In this document: positions 8,981-17,312 of the stretch, in pieces | How the letters are laid out: each line of letters opens with the position of its first letter | Position numbering within the stretch: position 1 is the stretch's first letter | Notes under the pieces: model-generated | What the model was told of the DNA's origin: nothing | Seen by the model: the letters and a program-made list of their open reading frames with translations, nothing else | Database searches by the model: none | NCBI GenBank assembly: GCA_963796285.1 | Contig: CAWCKW010000009.1 | Coordinates: forward strand, 1 to 17,744 | DNA from: Nitrospirota bacterium | GTDB lineage: Bacteria > Nitrospirota > UBA9217 | Length of the DNA: 17,744 nucleotides | Direction: 5' to 3' | Position numbers and translations under genes: made by a program

Positions 8981-9452
8981 ACGTTGACCCTCCTTTTTCT
9001 TGGTTTATCTATTTTGAACAGCCCGGATGTCTGCTCACTGTTCTCTAAATGACAATACGCTGTAGTGAGGAACCATGTTATAATGTGGTTATTATTGTCT
9101 CTTTTGCCCGGAGGCTGAATTGTACGTACCCTTCATATGAAGGCCCCTCGTTATAGGGTGGCTTGGCTGAAAAATGAATAACAATCGCAATGGAAACGCA
9201 CCTTATTGCACAAACGAACAGAAAGGTCATCACACCTAACACCTCAGGATGTGCAGTGCGTTCCGGTATGCGATGAATCGTAACAAATCAAGTGTAGCAT
9301 AAAATCTTTTTCTGTTTTTTTGAAATCACCGGTCCAGCCCTTCATCGAATACAGATATTTTCTTAGCATAAAACGCCTGCCGATGGCTATGATATGCATC
9401 ATAGGTCCTGACCCTGGGCGCCTGATGTGGTTGGACAAGCGTGGATTTTGCC

Positions 9453-9481
9453 TTGACTTTGAAGTGCTTATGCACTATATT
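9453..9481 (+). promoter_or_regulatory. sigma70 promoter of ihfA-merR
   Basis: TTGACT (9453-9458), 17-nt spacer, TATATT (9476-9481). SD GAGGAGG at 9492-9498. Confidence 0.75.
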
Positions 9482-9503
9482 ATGCTCCGTAGAGGAGGTC
9501 TGT

Positions 9504-9800
9504 ATGACCAAAGCAGATATCATCTCAGAAGTTTTTGACAAGGTTGGCTTGCCGAAGCAGGAAGCGGAAGAATTGGTGGAGATGATTCTGGATATGATCA
9601 AGCTGGTCCTGAAAGAGGGCGAGACGGTGAAACTTTCGGGATTCGGCAACTTCGTGGTCCGGAAGAAGAACTCGAGAAAAGGCCGTAATCCGAAGACAGG
9701 CCAAGAGATCGAGATCACGCCACGGAGCGTCGTTAGCTTCAGACCCAGCATGATTTTCAAAGAGCATGTCATCGAATCCCCAACAACAACAGTCGAGTAA
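9504..9800 (+). CDS. ihfA: Integration host factor subunit alpha
   Basis: MTKADI...VKLSGFGNF...GRNPKTG.EI.I.PR.VVSFRPS. ATG at 9504 has a strong SD. Sits upstream of a MerR-family gene, the usual ihfA context. Confidence 0.92.
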   Translation: MTKADIISEVFDKVGLPKQEAEELVEMILDMIKLVLKEGETVKLSGFGNFVVRKKNSRKGRNPKTGQEIEITPRSVVSFRPSMIFKEHVIESPTTTVE

Positions 9801-10098
9801 GCTCTTTTACCGGATCGGTGAGGTCAGCCGCTTGTCCGGGCTGGAACAGTACGTACTGCGCTACTGGGAAAGCGAGTTCCCTCAACTCAAACCGAACAAG
9901 GGTAAATCGGGACAACGCCTCTATAGTAAAAAAGATTTAGACACTGTTCTCCAGATAAAGCAATTACTCTATAAAGACGGGTACACGATCTCCGGCGCAC
10001 GGAAAAAAATGAACGGCAAAGGGGACCGGGAGGTCCTTGAGTCGGTTATTGAGACGGCCAAGACGGAGCTGAAGGAGATACTGGAAATTTTAAAATAG
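9766..10098 (+). CDS. MerR-family transcriptional regulator
   Basis: KLFYRIGEVS...YVLRYWESEFPQLKP.K..SGQRLY...GYTISGAR. Conserved position after ihfA. Confidence 0.92.
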   Translation: MSSNPQQQQSSKLFYRIGEVSRLSGLEQYVLRYWESEFPQLKPNKGKSGQRLYSKKDLDTVLQIKQLLYKDGYTISGARKKMNGKGDREVLESVIETAKTELKEILEILK

Positions 10099-10169
10099 AT
10101 TTTTCAAGTCAAGGCTCAAAGTGCAAATGAGATAGTTGGATTTTGTCATTTAGATTTTGATTCATATAT

Positions 10170-10246
10170 CGGGGCGTGGCGCAGCCTGGTAGCGTACTCG
10201 CTTGGGGTGCGAGTGGTCGGCCGTTCAAATCGGCTCGCCCCGACCA
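10170..10246 (+). tRNA. tRNA-Pro(GGG)
   Basis: CGGGGCG acceptor stem, D arm GCGCAGCCTGGTAGCGT, anticodon stem CTCGC/GCGAG with loop TTGGGGT (GGG at 10204-10206), T loop GTTCAAAT, encoded CCA end. 77 nt. Confidence 0.97.
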
Positions 10247-10253
10247 ATTGTTG

Positions 10254-10285
10254 AAAGGCCCGGAAAACCTCCGGGCCTTTTTTTT
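10254..10285 (+). terminator. Rho-independent terminator after tRNA-Pro
   Basis: AAAGGCCCGGA-AAACC-TCCGGGCCTTT followed by a T run. Confidence 0.88.
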
Positions 10286-10394
10286 ACTCAACCAGGGAAG
10301 CGGGAAGTTCTGTTTGGCAATATTTGCCGGATCCAGTCGGATGTCAACACCGGACCGTCCTGTCAATCCTACTATCCTGTCAGAGGTATGATCC

Positions 10395-11165
10395 ATGATC
10401 CTCGTAACGAACGACGACGGCGTATACTCCCCCGGAATCCAGGTCCTCGCCAAGCATTTGCGGGAACTCGACACCGTGGTGATCGTTGCCCCTGACCGGG
10501 AACGGAGCGCGGCGGGCCATTCGATGACGCTCCACCGGCCGCTCCTGATCGAAGAGATCAAGGAGTCGATGTACAGCGTCAATGGTACGACAACGGACTG
10601 CGTGAACATGGCGGTCAAGGGTTTGCTCAAAGAAACGCCGCGGCTCGTGGTCTCCGGCATCAACAAGGGGCCGAACCTTGGGGACGATGTGACCTATTCG
10701 GGGACTGTTGCGGGGGCCATCGAAGGCATCCTGCTGGGGATCCCTTCCCTGGCCATTTCACTCAACGGGCGCGAGAATTTCCGTTTTGCCGAGGCAGCGG
10801 AGGTGGCCCTCTGTACTGCCCGGCGGATGCTTGAACAGGGGATGCCCGCAGGCACGCTCCTCAATATCAATGTTCCGAACCTTCCGCTCTCCGAGGTGGT
10901 GGGGACGCGCATTACCCGGCTCGGCAAACGCATTTATCACCAGATGACCGTGGAACGCATTGACCCGAGAGGAAAGAAATACTATTGGATCGGGGGCGGC
11001 GAGCCGGATTGGGAGCGGGAGGAGGGCACGGACTTCGACGCTGTTGACCGCAAGATGGTCTCGATCACGCCAATTCATCTCGACATGACGGACTACGCTT
11101 CGTTCGACAGGATGAAATCCATGGAATCGCTTTCCTACTCTCCGCCCATCCACAAGGAGCATTAA
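10395..11165 (+). CDS. surE: 5'/3'-nucleotidase SurE
   Basis: ILVTNDDG, VAPDRERSAAGHS, SGINKGPNLG and YSGTVAGA.EG motifs. Confidence 0.97.
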   Translation: MILVTNDDGVYSPGIQVLAKHLRELDTVVIVAPDRERSAAGHSMTLHRPLLIEEIKESMYSVNGTTTDCVNMAVKGLLKETPRLVVSGINKGPNLGDDVTYSGTVAGAIEGILLGIPSLAISLNGRENFRFAEAAEVALCTARRMLEQGMPAGTLLNINVPNLPLSEVVGTRITRLGKRIYHQMTVERIDPRGKKYYWIGGGEPDWEREEGTDFDAVDRKMVSITPIHLDMTDYASFDRMKSMESLSYSPPIHKEH

Positions 11166-11810
11166 GTGTTCAACCCTGACAAAGAGCGTATGCGCATGGT
11201 GGACGAGCAGATCGTCTACCGGGGGGTAAAAGATGAGCGTGTTCTCGCGGTCATGCGCAAAATACCCCGCCATGAGTTCCTGCCCGAGGCCATCCGCGGT
11301 ATGGCTTACACTGATAACGCCCTCCCGCTGGGCGAAGGCCAGACCATGTCGCAGCCCTATATGGTCGCGCTCATGACCGAGTTACTCGGCCTCAAGGGCC
11401 CGGAACGGGTACTCGAGATCGGGACGGGATCAGGCTATCAGGCCGCGGTACTTGCCGAGTTGTGCGAAAAGGTCTACACGGTGGAGCGCATAAAGTCCCT
11501 GGCTGACAAGGCCCGGGCAACACTCGACCGGCTGGGATATAAAAGTGTTGCGATAAAAATTTACGACGGCACCTACGGCTGGAAGGAGATGGCGCCCTTT
11601 GACGCGATCATGGTGACCGCGGGCTCACCCGATATACCGGCGCCTCTTGTGGAACAGCTCAAAGAGGGCGGCAGGATGGTGATCCCGGTGGGGGAGCGGT
11701 ATGGACAGGAGCTTATCACGGTGGTCAAAACCGCCGAAGGCATGGTCACCTCACGTAGCATCCCGTGCGTGTTCGTTCCACTGATCGGCAACCACGGGTG
11801 GAAAGAGTAG
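11166..11810 (+). CDS. pcm: Protein-L-isoaspartate O-methyltransferase
   Basis: GQTMSQPYMV, VLEIGTGSGYQAAVLA, APFDAIMVTA and FVPLIG. GTG start directly after surE. Confidence 0.96.
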   Translation: MFNPDKERMRMVDEQIVYRGVKDERVLAVMRKIPRHEFLPEAIRGMAYTDNALPLGEGQTMSQPYMVALMTELLGLKGPERVLEIGTGSGYQAAVLAELCEKVYTVERIKSLADKARATLDRLGYKSVAIKIYDGTYGWKEMAPFDAIMVTAGSPDIPAPLVEQLKEGGRMVIPVGERYGQELITVVKTAEGMVTSRSIPCVFVPLIGNHGWKE

Positions 11811-11816
11811 GTCCCG

Positions 11817-12413
11817 TCACGGCACTGCGGCCTTCTTCGTCCGGTTTTTCCCAAGAAACTCATACCCCAAGGACAATGCCAGTGCAATGAACGTCCCCAG
11901 AAGCGCGCCCACCAGTACATCCGTCGGATAATGGACCCCCAGGTACATCCTGGAGAACGCGATCAGCAATGCAAGAACAATCGGATACGTCCTCCACGCA
12001 TTTGCAATAAACTCCCGGGTCAGGTAAAAGAGAGGTATCGCAAAGGCAAATGAGCTTATCGCATGACCGGACGGCATGGAGTATGATTTCGGGCACGCGG
12101 TAATGAGCCGGATACCCTCTATCGCCCTGCATGGCCTTTCACGGGCAACAGCGATCTTCAATACATCCTCCGCCCATTCCGCGAGAAAGACAGCGCAGCA
12201 GGATATCGCGATGGTCCAGAGAGCCGCTGTCAGATATCCTTTCCCCTGAGAATTTACCTGAGTACGGCCTCTTACGAACATATAGAGCAGAAAGGGGAGG
12301 GCCAGGAGATAGCCCTGATAGGAGAGTGCCGGCATCAAAATATCGAATAGAGTATTTTCAGTGCCGTGATTGATCAGGAGAAGCAGCTGTGTGTCCAGGT
12401 ATTGGATAGTCAT
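11817..12413 (-). CDS. PAP2-family membrane phosphatase (undecaprenyl-pyrophosphate phosphatase-like)
   Basis: K.AVARERP, SMPSGH and SRMYLGVHYPTDV catalytic motifs with hydrophobic segments. Confidence 0.92.
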   Translation of the reverse strand: MTIQYLDTQLLLLINHGTENTLFDILMPALSYQGYLLALPFLLYMFVRGRTQVNSQGKGYLTAALWTIAISCCAVFLAEWAEDVLKIAVARERPCRAIEGIRLITACPKSYSMPSGHAISSFAFAIPLFYLTREFIANAWRTYPIVLALLIAFSRMYLGVHYPTDVLVGALLGTFIALALSLGYEFLGKNRTKKAAVP

Positions 12414-12425
12414 GGGTAGGCATCG

Positions 12426-12764
12426 CTACGAACTTTTCGCGCAGCACTTGATGATATTCGTATCGCTCACCTCAATGAGCCCGCGTTCGACGACGGAACC
12501 GATCTCTGCCAGGATGATATTGATCATTTCCTCTGAATCCACAATTTCGATTTTGACCGGGAGCGTGGTGGAGAGCTCCAGGATCTTGGCGGTATGGAGT
12601 TTGCCATGGCTCCCGTAACCTGCAACACCACGGAACACGCTGGCCCCGGCTATTTTTCTATGCGCCAGAATGTCCAAAACCGCTTCATACACGGGCTTGC
12701 CGTGGAGCTTATCGGTTTCATCGATGTAGATCGTCAGCTTTTTTGCCGGGCCGGTATTGAGCAT
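12426..12764 (-). CDS. DUF190 (PII-like) protein
   Basis: LTIYIDE.D...GKPVYE...IAGASVFRGVAGYG...LELSTTLPVKIEIVD. ATG at 12764 with SD AAGGAG. Typical crcB neighbour. Confidence 0.9.
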   Translation of the reverse strand: MLNTGPAKKLTIYIDETDKLHGKPVYEAVLDILAHRKIAGASVFRGVAGYGSHGKLHTAKILELSTTLPVKIEIVDSEEMINIILAEIGSVVERGLIEVSDTNIIKCCAKSS

Positions 12765-12792
12765 GGTATTCTCCTTAATTCTGTCAAAATCC

Positions 12793-12959
12793 ACCACAGA
12801 GAACTCAGAGGAATGTTTGATTTTGTAAATTCGAAGCATTTACTGACGCGCCTCTGTGTCCTCTTCAGGGGCCTCACTTATTCATACTGAGGTTTTCCCT
12901 AAAACGACTTGAGAGCACAGAGATTGTTAATCCTTTGTTTTCTCAGTGTGCTCTGTGGT
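12793..12959. repeat. Nested inverted-repeat element built from CACAGAG-type units
   Basis: Outer arms ACCACAGAGAACTCAGAG (12793-12810) and CTCAGTGTGCTCTGTGGT (12942-12959). Inner arms CTCTGTGTCCTC (12852-12863) and GAGAGCACAGAG (12911-12922). Confidence 0.7.
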
Positions 12960-12998
12960 TTCATTTTATCTTCTTCATTTGTTTTTTTACACAACCGA

Positions 12999-13373
12999 TT
13001 ATATGCTCTTCGCGATCACCTCACCGAGCTTCAATGCGATAAACCCGGCGGAGACGCTCAACACGACATTTAATCCCGCGATCAGCCATTCGCTGTCTTT
13101 CAGGAGCGCGCCGGTTTCGTACTCGAAGGTGGAGAAGGTGGTATACGCGCCGAGAAATCCCACGACGAGCATCAATCGCCATTGCGGGTTCACCATGAAC
13201 CGTTCGGTGAAGAGTGACATGAGCAGGCCGATGAGGAAGCTGCCGCTCACGTTGATCACGAATGTGCCGAGGGGAAAGCTGCGGCCCCACCGCTGGCCGA
13301 TCCAGAGGGCGACACCGTACCGCGTGATCGCGCCGAGGAAGCCACCAATGCCTATGATGAAGATATTTGCCAT
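12999..13373 (-). CDS. crcB: Fluoride efflux channel CrcB/FluC
   Basis: GGFLGAITRY, FPLGTFVINVSGSF and GFLGAYTTFSTF signature. ATG at 13373. Confidence 0.96.
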   Translation of the reverse strand: MANIFIIGIGGFLGAITRYGVALWIGQRWGRSFPLGTFVINVSGSFLIGLLMSLFTERFMVNPQWRLMLVVGFLGAYTTFSTFEYETGALLKDSEWLIAGLNVVLSVSAGFIALKLGEVIAKSI

Positions 13374-13399
13374 CGTTATCCCTGTCCCTGATTGTTCCA

Positions 13400-13428
13400 T
13401 TCATAGCAGAAGGCACGCCTCAAGTCAA
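13400..13428 (-). promoter_or_regulatory. Possible promoter of crcB-DUF190-PAP2
   Basis: TTGACT, 17-nt spacer ending TGC, TATGAA. The -10 box is imperfect. Confidence 0.35.
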
Positions 13429-13650
13429 TGAAAATGGTCATGCTTTCCAAAGCTGGAGCTTGCTCTCGAATCTCATAATCGGGGGCGGGTATGACGAAAT
13501 AACGAGCAATCAGGGCCTCTGTCCGGGAGGCGTTGTGTCCAGGGGCAAGGAACAGCGCGGCAATGATGATGGCGGCAGGTCTAGTGAACATATCATTTAC
13601 GATAGCGCTGCTTAGGCCGTCAGTCCTGCTGATTTATGACCAACGGGTGC

Positions 13651-13680
13651 TTGACTTTGGTGCGTGTTGAATGCTATTAT
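13651..13680 (+). promoter_or_regulatory. sigma70 promoter of aspS
   Basis: TTGACT (13651-13656), 18-nt spacer ending TGC, TATTAT (13675-13680). Confidence 0.65.
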
Positions 13681-13719
13681 CCAGCCTGTTTTGCATCATT
13701 TCGAGAGGGGTAGGGTCAC

Positions 13720-15461
13720 ATGAAATTACACAAGAAGACGCATAACTGCGGCGAGCTTGCAAAAAAAGACGTCGGCGCGGTCGTGACGCTCATGGGCTGG
13801 GTGCATACGAGAAGGGACCACGGCGGGCTCATCTTCATCGACCTTCGCGATCGCGGAGGCATCACGCAGGTGGTCTTCAATCCCGTGACGGCAGCGGATG
13901 CACACGCGCGTGCGCATGACGTCAGGAGCGAGTATGTGCTCGCCGTCACCGGCACGATCTCGCTGCGGCCGGAAAGTACCGTGAACACGAAGCTTCCTAC
14001 CGGAGAGATCGAAGTGGTGGCGAGCGACCTGGTGATATTGAACGAATCAAAGGCACTGCCGTTCATGATCGAGGACGAGACAGCCGTGGCCGAGAACCTC
14101 AGGCTGAAGTACCGTTACCTCGACCTGCGCCGGCCGAGCCTCCAGAGCGTCTTTATCGCCCGGCATCTGATCACGCAGACCGTGCGGCGCTTTCTCGACA
14201 ACAGCGGCTTCATCGATATTGAAACGCCTTTTCTGACCAAGAGCACGCCTGAAGGCGCGAGGGACTTCATTATCCCGAGCAGGGTCAACCACGGGATGTT
14301 CTACGCCCTGCCGCAGTCACCCCAGCTCTTCAAGCAGATACTCATGGTGGCCGGATTCGACGTATTTCCAAATAGCACGATGCTTCAGGGACGAGGATCT
14401 CAGGGCGGACCGTCAGCCCGAGTTTACTCAAATCGATCTCGAAATGAGCTTTGTAGACGTGGAAGATGTCATCGAGGTGATGAAGGCATCGTGAAGCTTT
14501 GAACGTCAATGAAGAGGCTCGATGATTGCGGTTCCTTTCAACGGATGGACTCATCATGCGTTGCCATGGAACGGTACGGCACGGACAAACCGGACTCCGT
14601 TTCGATCTCGCCTTTAAGGATGACCCCTGCTTTGAAGGGACGGAATTCGGGTATGTCTGCAGGTCGTAGAATCGGGAGGTCGGTGAGGGGTGTATTAAGG
14701 GCCGGTCAGGGGAAGCTCTCGAGGAAGGAAGTGGATACCGCAGTGGAGACGGCAAAGATCTTCGGCGCGAAGGGCCTAATCTGGATCAAGTGACGAAGAA
14801 GGCTTGTCTCGCCCATTGTCAAGTTCTTAAAGGAGGGCAGTAAAAGCCATTGACCGGAGCTCTCGACCAATCCCGGCGACGTCATGTGTTCATTGGCGAG
14901 AGTCCGAAGAAGGTTAATGAGACTCTCGGGTATGTTCGGCTGCTCATGGGGAAAAGGATGAACCTCATCGCCGGGACCAACTAACTTTCTCTGGGTGCCT
15001 GATTTTCCGTTGTTCGAGTAGAACGCAGAAGAGAAGCGATACGGCGCCATCACCATCCGTTCACCTCGCCAAGGGAAGAAGACTGAATTCATGGCGACCG
15101 ATTCGCTTCAGGGCCAAGGCCTATGACATCGTGCTCAACGGCGCGGAGATAGGCGGAGGAAGCATCCGGATCCACAGATCGAGGAGCCGATGGAGATGTT
15201 CAGGCTCCTCAACATTGCAGAAGAAGAGGCGACGGAAAAGTTCGGGTTCCTACTCGAAGCCCTCGAGATCGGCGCTCCGCCCCACGGCGGGATCGCCTTT
15301 GGTCTTGACCGGCTCAGGCGATCCTGGGGCGTGAGAGCATAAGAGACGTAATAGCGTTCCCCAAGACGCAGAAGGCCATCTGTCTCATGACCGAGGCGCC
15401 GTCGCGAGTCTCCGCTGCTCAGCTCCGGGAGCTGTCGATCAAGCTGGATATTGTGGAGTAG
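13720..15461 (+). CDS. aspS: Aspartate--tRNA ligase, multiply frameshifted in this sequence
   Basis: Intact N-terminus ([34 protein letters not shown]). Then, in shifting frames: [86 protein letters not shown], ending [13 protein letters not shown] at 15461. Confidence 0.93.
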
Positions 15462-15475
15462 ATGCGAAACCCTTT

Positions 15476-15542
15476 GCCATGGAGACACGGAGAGAAAATG
15501 ACTAGCGGCATGATTTTCTCCGTGCCTCAGTGCCTCCGTGGC
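15476..15542. repeat. Inverted-repeat element of CACGGAG-type units after aspS
   Basis: GCCATGGAGACACGGAGAGAAAAT ... ATTTTCTCCGTGCCTCAGTGCCTCCGTGGC. Related to 12793-12959. Confidence 0.7.
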
Positions 15543-15566
15543 TGCAATTAAGATGTTGAGGTTTCT

Positions 15567-15734
15567 ATGAAATGCAAGTCCTGCGGCAGGGAAGTCGAAC
15601 TCCGGATCGGCTGACGCGCCATCACCTTTCGCTGCACGGCGTGCGGCAAGGATTTTTCGATCAAGGAGTATGCGGACCAGATCGATGAGGAGATGTGGGA
15701 GAAGATCTCCCGCCGCCCCTGCAACCGCGCGTGA
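15567..15734 (+). CDS. Small dual-CxxC selenoprotein (55 aa, Sec at codon 16)
   Basis: MKCKSCGREVELRIG-U-RAITFRCTACGKDFSIKEYADQIDEEMWEKISRRPCNRA. SD GAGG 5 nt before ATG, in-frame TGA at 15612-15614, SECIS-like hairpin downstream, close to selD. Confidence 0.85.
15625..15651 (+). promoter_or_regulatory. Putative bacterial SECIS element of the small selenoprotein
   Basis: CCTT-tc-GCTGCAC-GGC-GTGCGGC-AAGG. Starts 10 nt after the UGA, has a bulged U and a G-initiated apical loop 23 nt from the UGA. Confidence 0.7.
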
Positions 15735-15815
15735 AGCCTGGTTTTCACCAATGAGTCGTATTTCTCCACTTCCCACCCATTCTTTTTTCCAGCTTAATTC
15801 AGCAGGCTCGGCTGT

Positions 15816-15864
15816 ATGTCAAATTAATTTTATGTTGACATTTACATAAAAACATAGTAATACT
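15816..15864 (+). promoter_or_regulatory. AT-rich promoter/operator of arsR-selD-tauE
   Basis: Perfect TTGACA at 15835-15840, overlapped by inverted repeats TTTTATGT-N8-ACATAAAA (15828-15851) and ATGTCAA-N12-TTGACAT. The -10 box is ambiguous (TAATAC at 17 nt). Confidence 0.55.
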
Positions 15865-15891
15865 TGCATATATTATTTGGAGGTGCCCTTT

Positions 15892-16233
15892 ATGATTCCC
15901 CCTGAGAAGCGCATTGAACTGCTCAAAGTCATCGCCCACCCCATACGGATAAGGATCCTCGAAGATCTCACGCAGGGGGTGAAGTGCGTGAGCGACTTCG
16001 AAGAAACCCTCGACATCAGCCAGCCGAACGTATCCCAGCACTTGACCCTCCTTCGCACCCACGGCATCGTCGATTACTTTGTCGACGGCAGGCTCAAATG
16101 CTACTTTCTCAAAGAACCCCTGATCCCCGATCTGCTTGAACTCCTGAAAAAAGAGTACGACGAAGATATTCCCGCGCCGGCATGCTGCCCCGTGACAAAA
16201 AAGGGGACCTATCCCGGAGGGAGAAGGCGATAG
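15892..16233 (+). CDS. ArsR/SmtB-family transcriptional regulator
   Basis: LKVIAHPIRIRIL...KCVSDF...ISQPNVSQHLTLLRTHGIV helix-turn-helix. ATG at 15892 with SD GGAGGT. C-terminal PACCP. Confidence 0.93.
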   Translation: MIPPEKRIELLKVIAHPIRIRILEDLTQGVKCVSDFEETLDISQPNVSQHLTLLRTHGIVDYFVDGRLKCYFLKEPLIPDLLELLKKEYDEDIPAPACCPVTKKGTYPGGRRR

Positions 16234-16263
16234 AGACGGTAAAAATGGAGAAGGAGGGGGACC

Positions 16264-17311
16264 ATGGAAATAAAACTTACACAACTTTCCAGCTGCGCCG
16301 GTTGAGCGGCAAAATTCAGCCCTGCTGAACTGTCCCAGGTCCTGGGACAATTGCCGAAGATCACCGATCCGAACGTGCTGGTCGGCGCTTCGAATGCCGA
16401 CGATGCCGGCGTTTACCGCATTACGGACGACATCGCCATGGTCCTGACCGCGGATTTTTTCACGCCCGATCGTGGATGATCCCTACTGGTTCGGTGCGAT
16501 CGCTGCTGCCAACTCGCTTTCCGACGTCTACGCCATGGGCGGCAAACCCCTGGTCGCTCTGAACATCGCTGCGCTTCCCGCCGGGCGCGGATTTTTACGA
16601 GATCAACAAAAAGATCATGCAGGGCGGCATCGACAAGATGACCGAGGCCGGGGTGTTCATCATCGGCGGCCATACGGTCAAGGACAAGGAGCCGAAATTC
16701 GGGTATGCCGTCATGGGATCGATTCATCCCGAGAAAATACTCGATAATGCAAAAGCGCAGCCGGGGGACGCCCTGATACTCACGAAACAGATCGGCACGG
16801 GCGTGATATCCACCGGGATAAAAGCCGGGAAATGCAGCGCGGCGACTGCCGAAGCGTTCACCAAATCCATGGCCATGCTGAACAAACGGGCCGGCGAGAT
16901 CATGCTCGAGGTCGGCGTCAGCACGGCAACGGACATCACGGGCTTCGGCCTGATCGGACATCTGAACGAGGTGCTGACGGCGAGCAAACGCACGGCGCGT
17001 CTCCACGCACGCCAGGTCCCTGTCTTCGAAGAAGCGATAACGATCACGGAGATGGGCATGGTCCCGGGCGGAACAAGGGCGAATCAGAAAAGCTATGATC
17101 CCTTTGTGGAGTGGGGCGCCGACGTTTCAGCGACCGACCGGGTCCTGATGAACGATGCCCAAACCTCGGGCGGCCTCCTGATATTCGTGCCAAAGGACAA
17201 AAAGGAGCGGCTTATCTCGGCGCTGCAGAAGGAGAACATCCTGGCAGCGCATATCGGCGATGTGTTCGAGGGAGAGGCAGGGACGCGAAGCGGATCTTCG
17301 TGGAGCAATAG
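16264..17311 (+). CDS. selD: Selenide, water dikinase (selenophosphate synthetase), Sec-containing, with apparent indel errors
   Basis: [20 protein letters not shown] (TGA at 16303-16305), [60 protein letters not shown]. Extra bases near 16466 and 16578 and a shift near 17275 that restores ...KRIFVEQ-TAG at 17311. Confidence 0.95.
16331..16349 (+). promoter_or_regulatory. Putative SECIS element of selD
   Basis: Perfect 8-bp stem TGTCCCAG-GTC-CTGGGACA with a G-initiated loop 33 nt after the UGA. A second small hairpin TTCAGC-CCT-GCTGAA lies at 16315-16329. Confidence 0.65.
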
Positions 17312-17312
17312 C

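Noticed and set aside
9441-9503. N-terminal extensions in the ORF track (ihfA from 9441; likewise DUF190 from 12839, crcB from 13400, arsR from 15877)
   Set aside because: Downstream ATGs fit the family N-termini and mostly have clear SD sequences. The extensions overlap promoters, repeats or SD sites.
10170-10394. tRNA-Pro as an integration site for a mobile element
   Set aside because: No integrase or duplicated tRNA 3' end, and the usual ihfA-merR-tRNA-surE-pcm order is intact.
13376-13591. 71-aa ORF with a hydrophobic N-terminus upstream of crcB
   Set aside because: No recognisable family or clear SD, and it overlaps the candidate crcB promoter. It could be a remnant but is unsupported.
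13374-13650. Fluoride riboswitch upstream of crcB
   Set aside because: I could not find the GGCGATGG...TGATG-type consensus on the minus strand by eye. An Rfam/Infernal scan would settle it.
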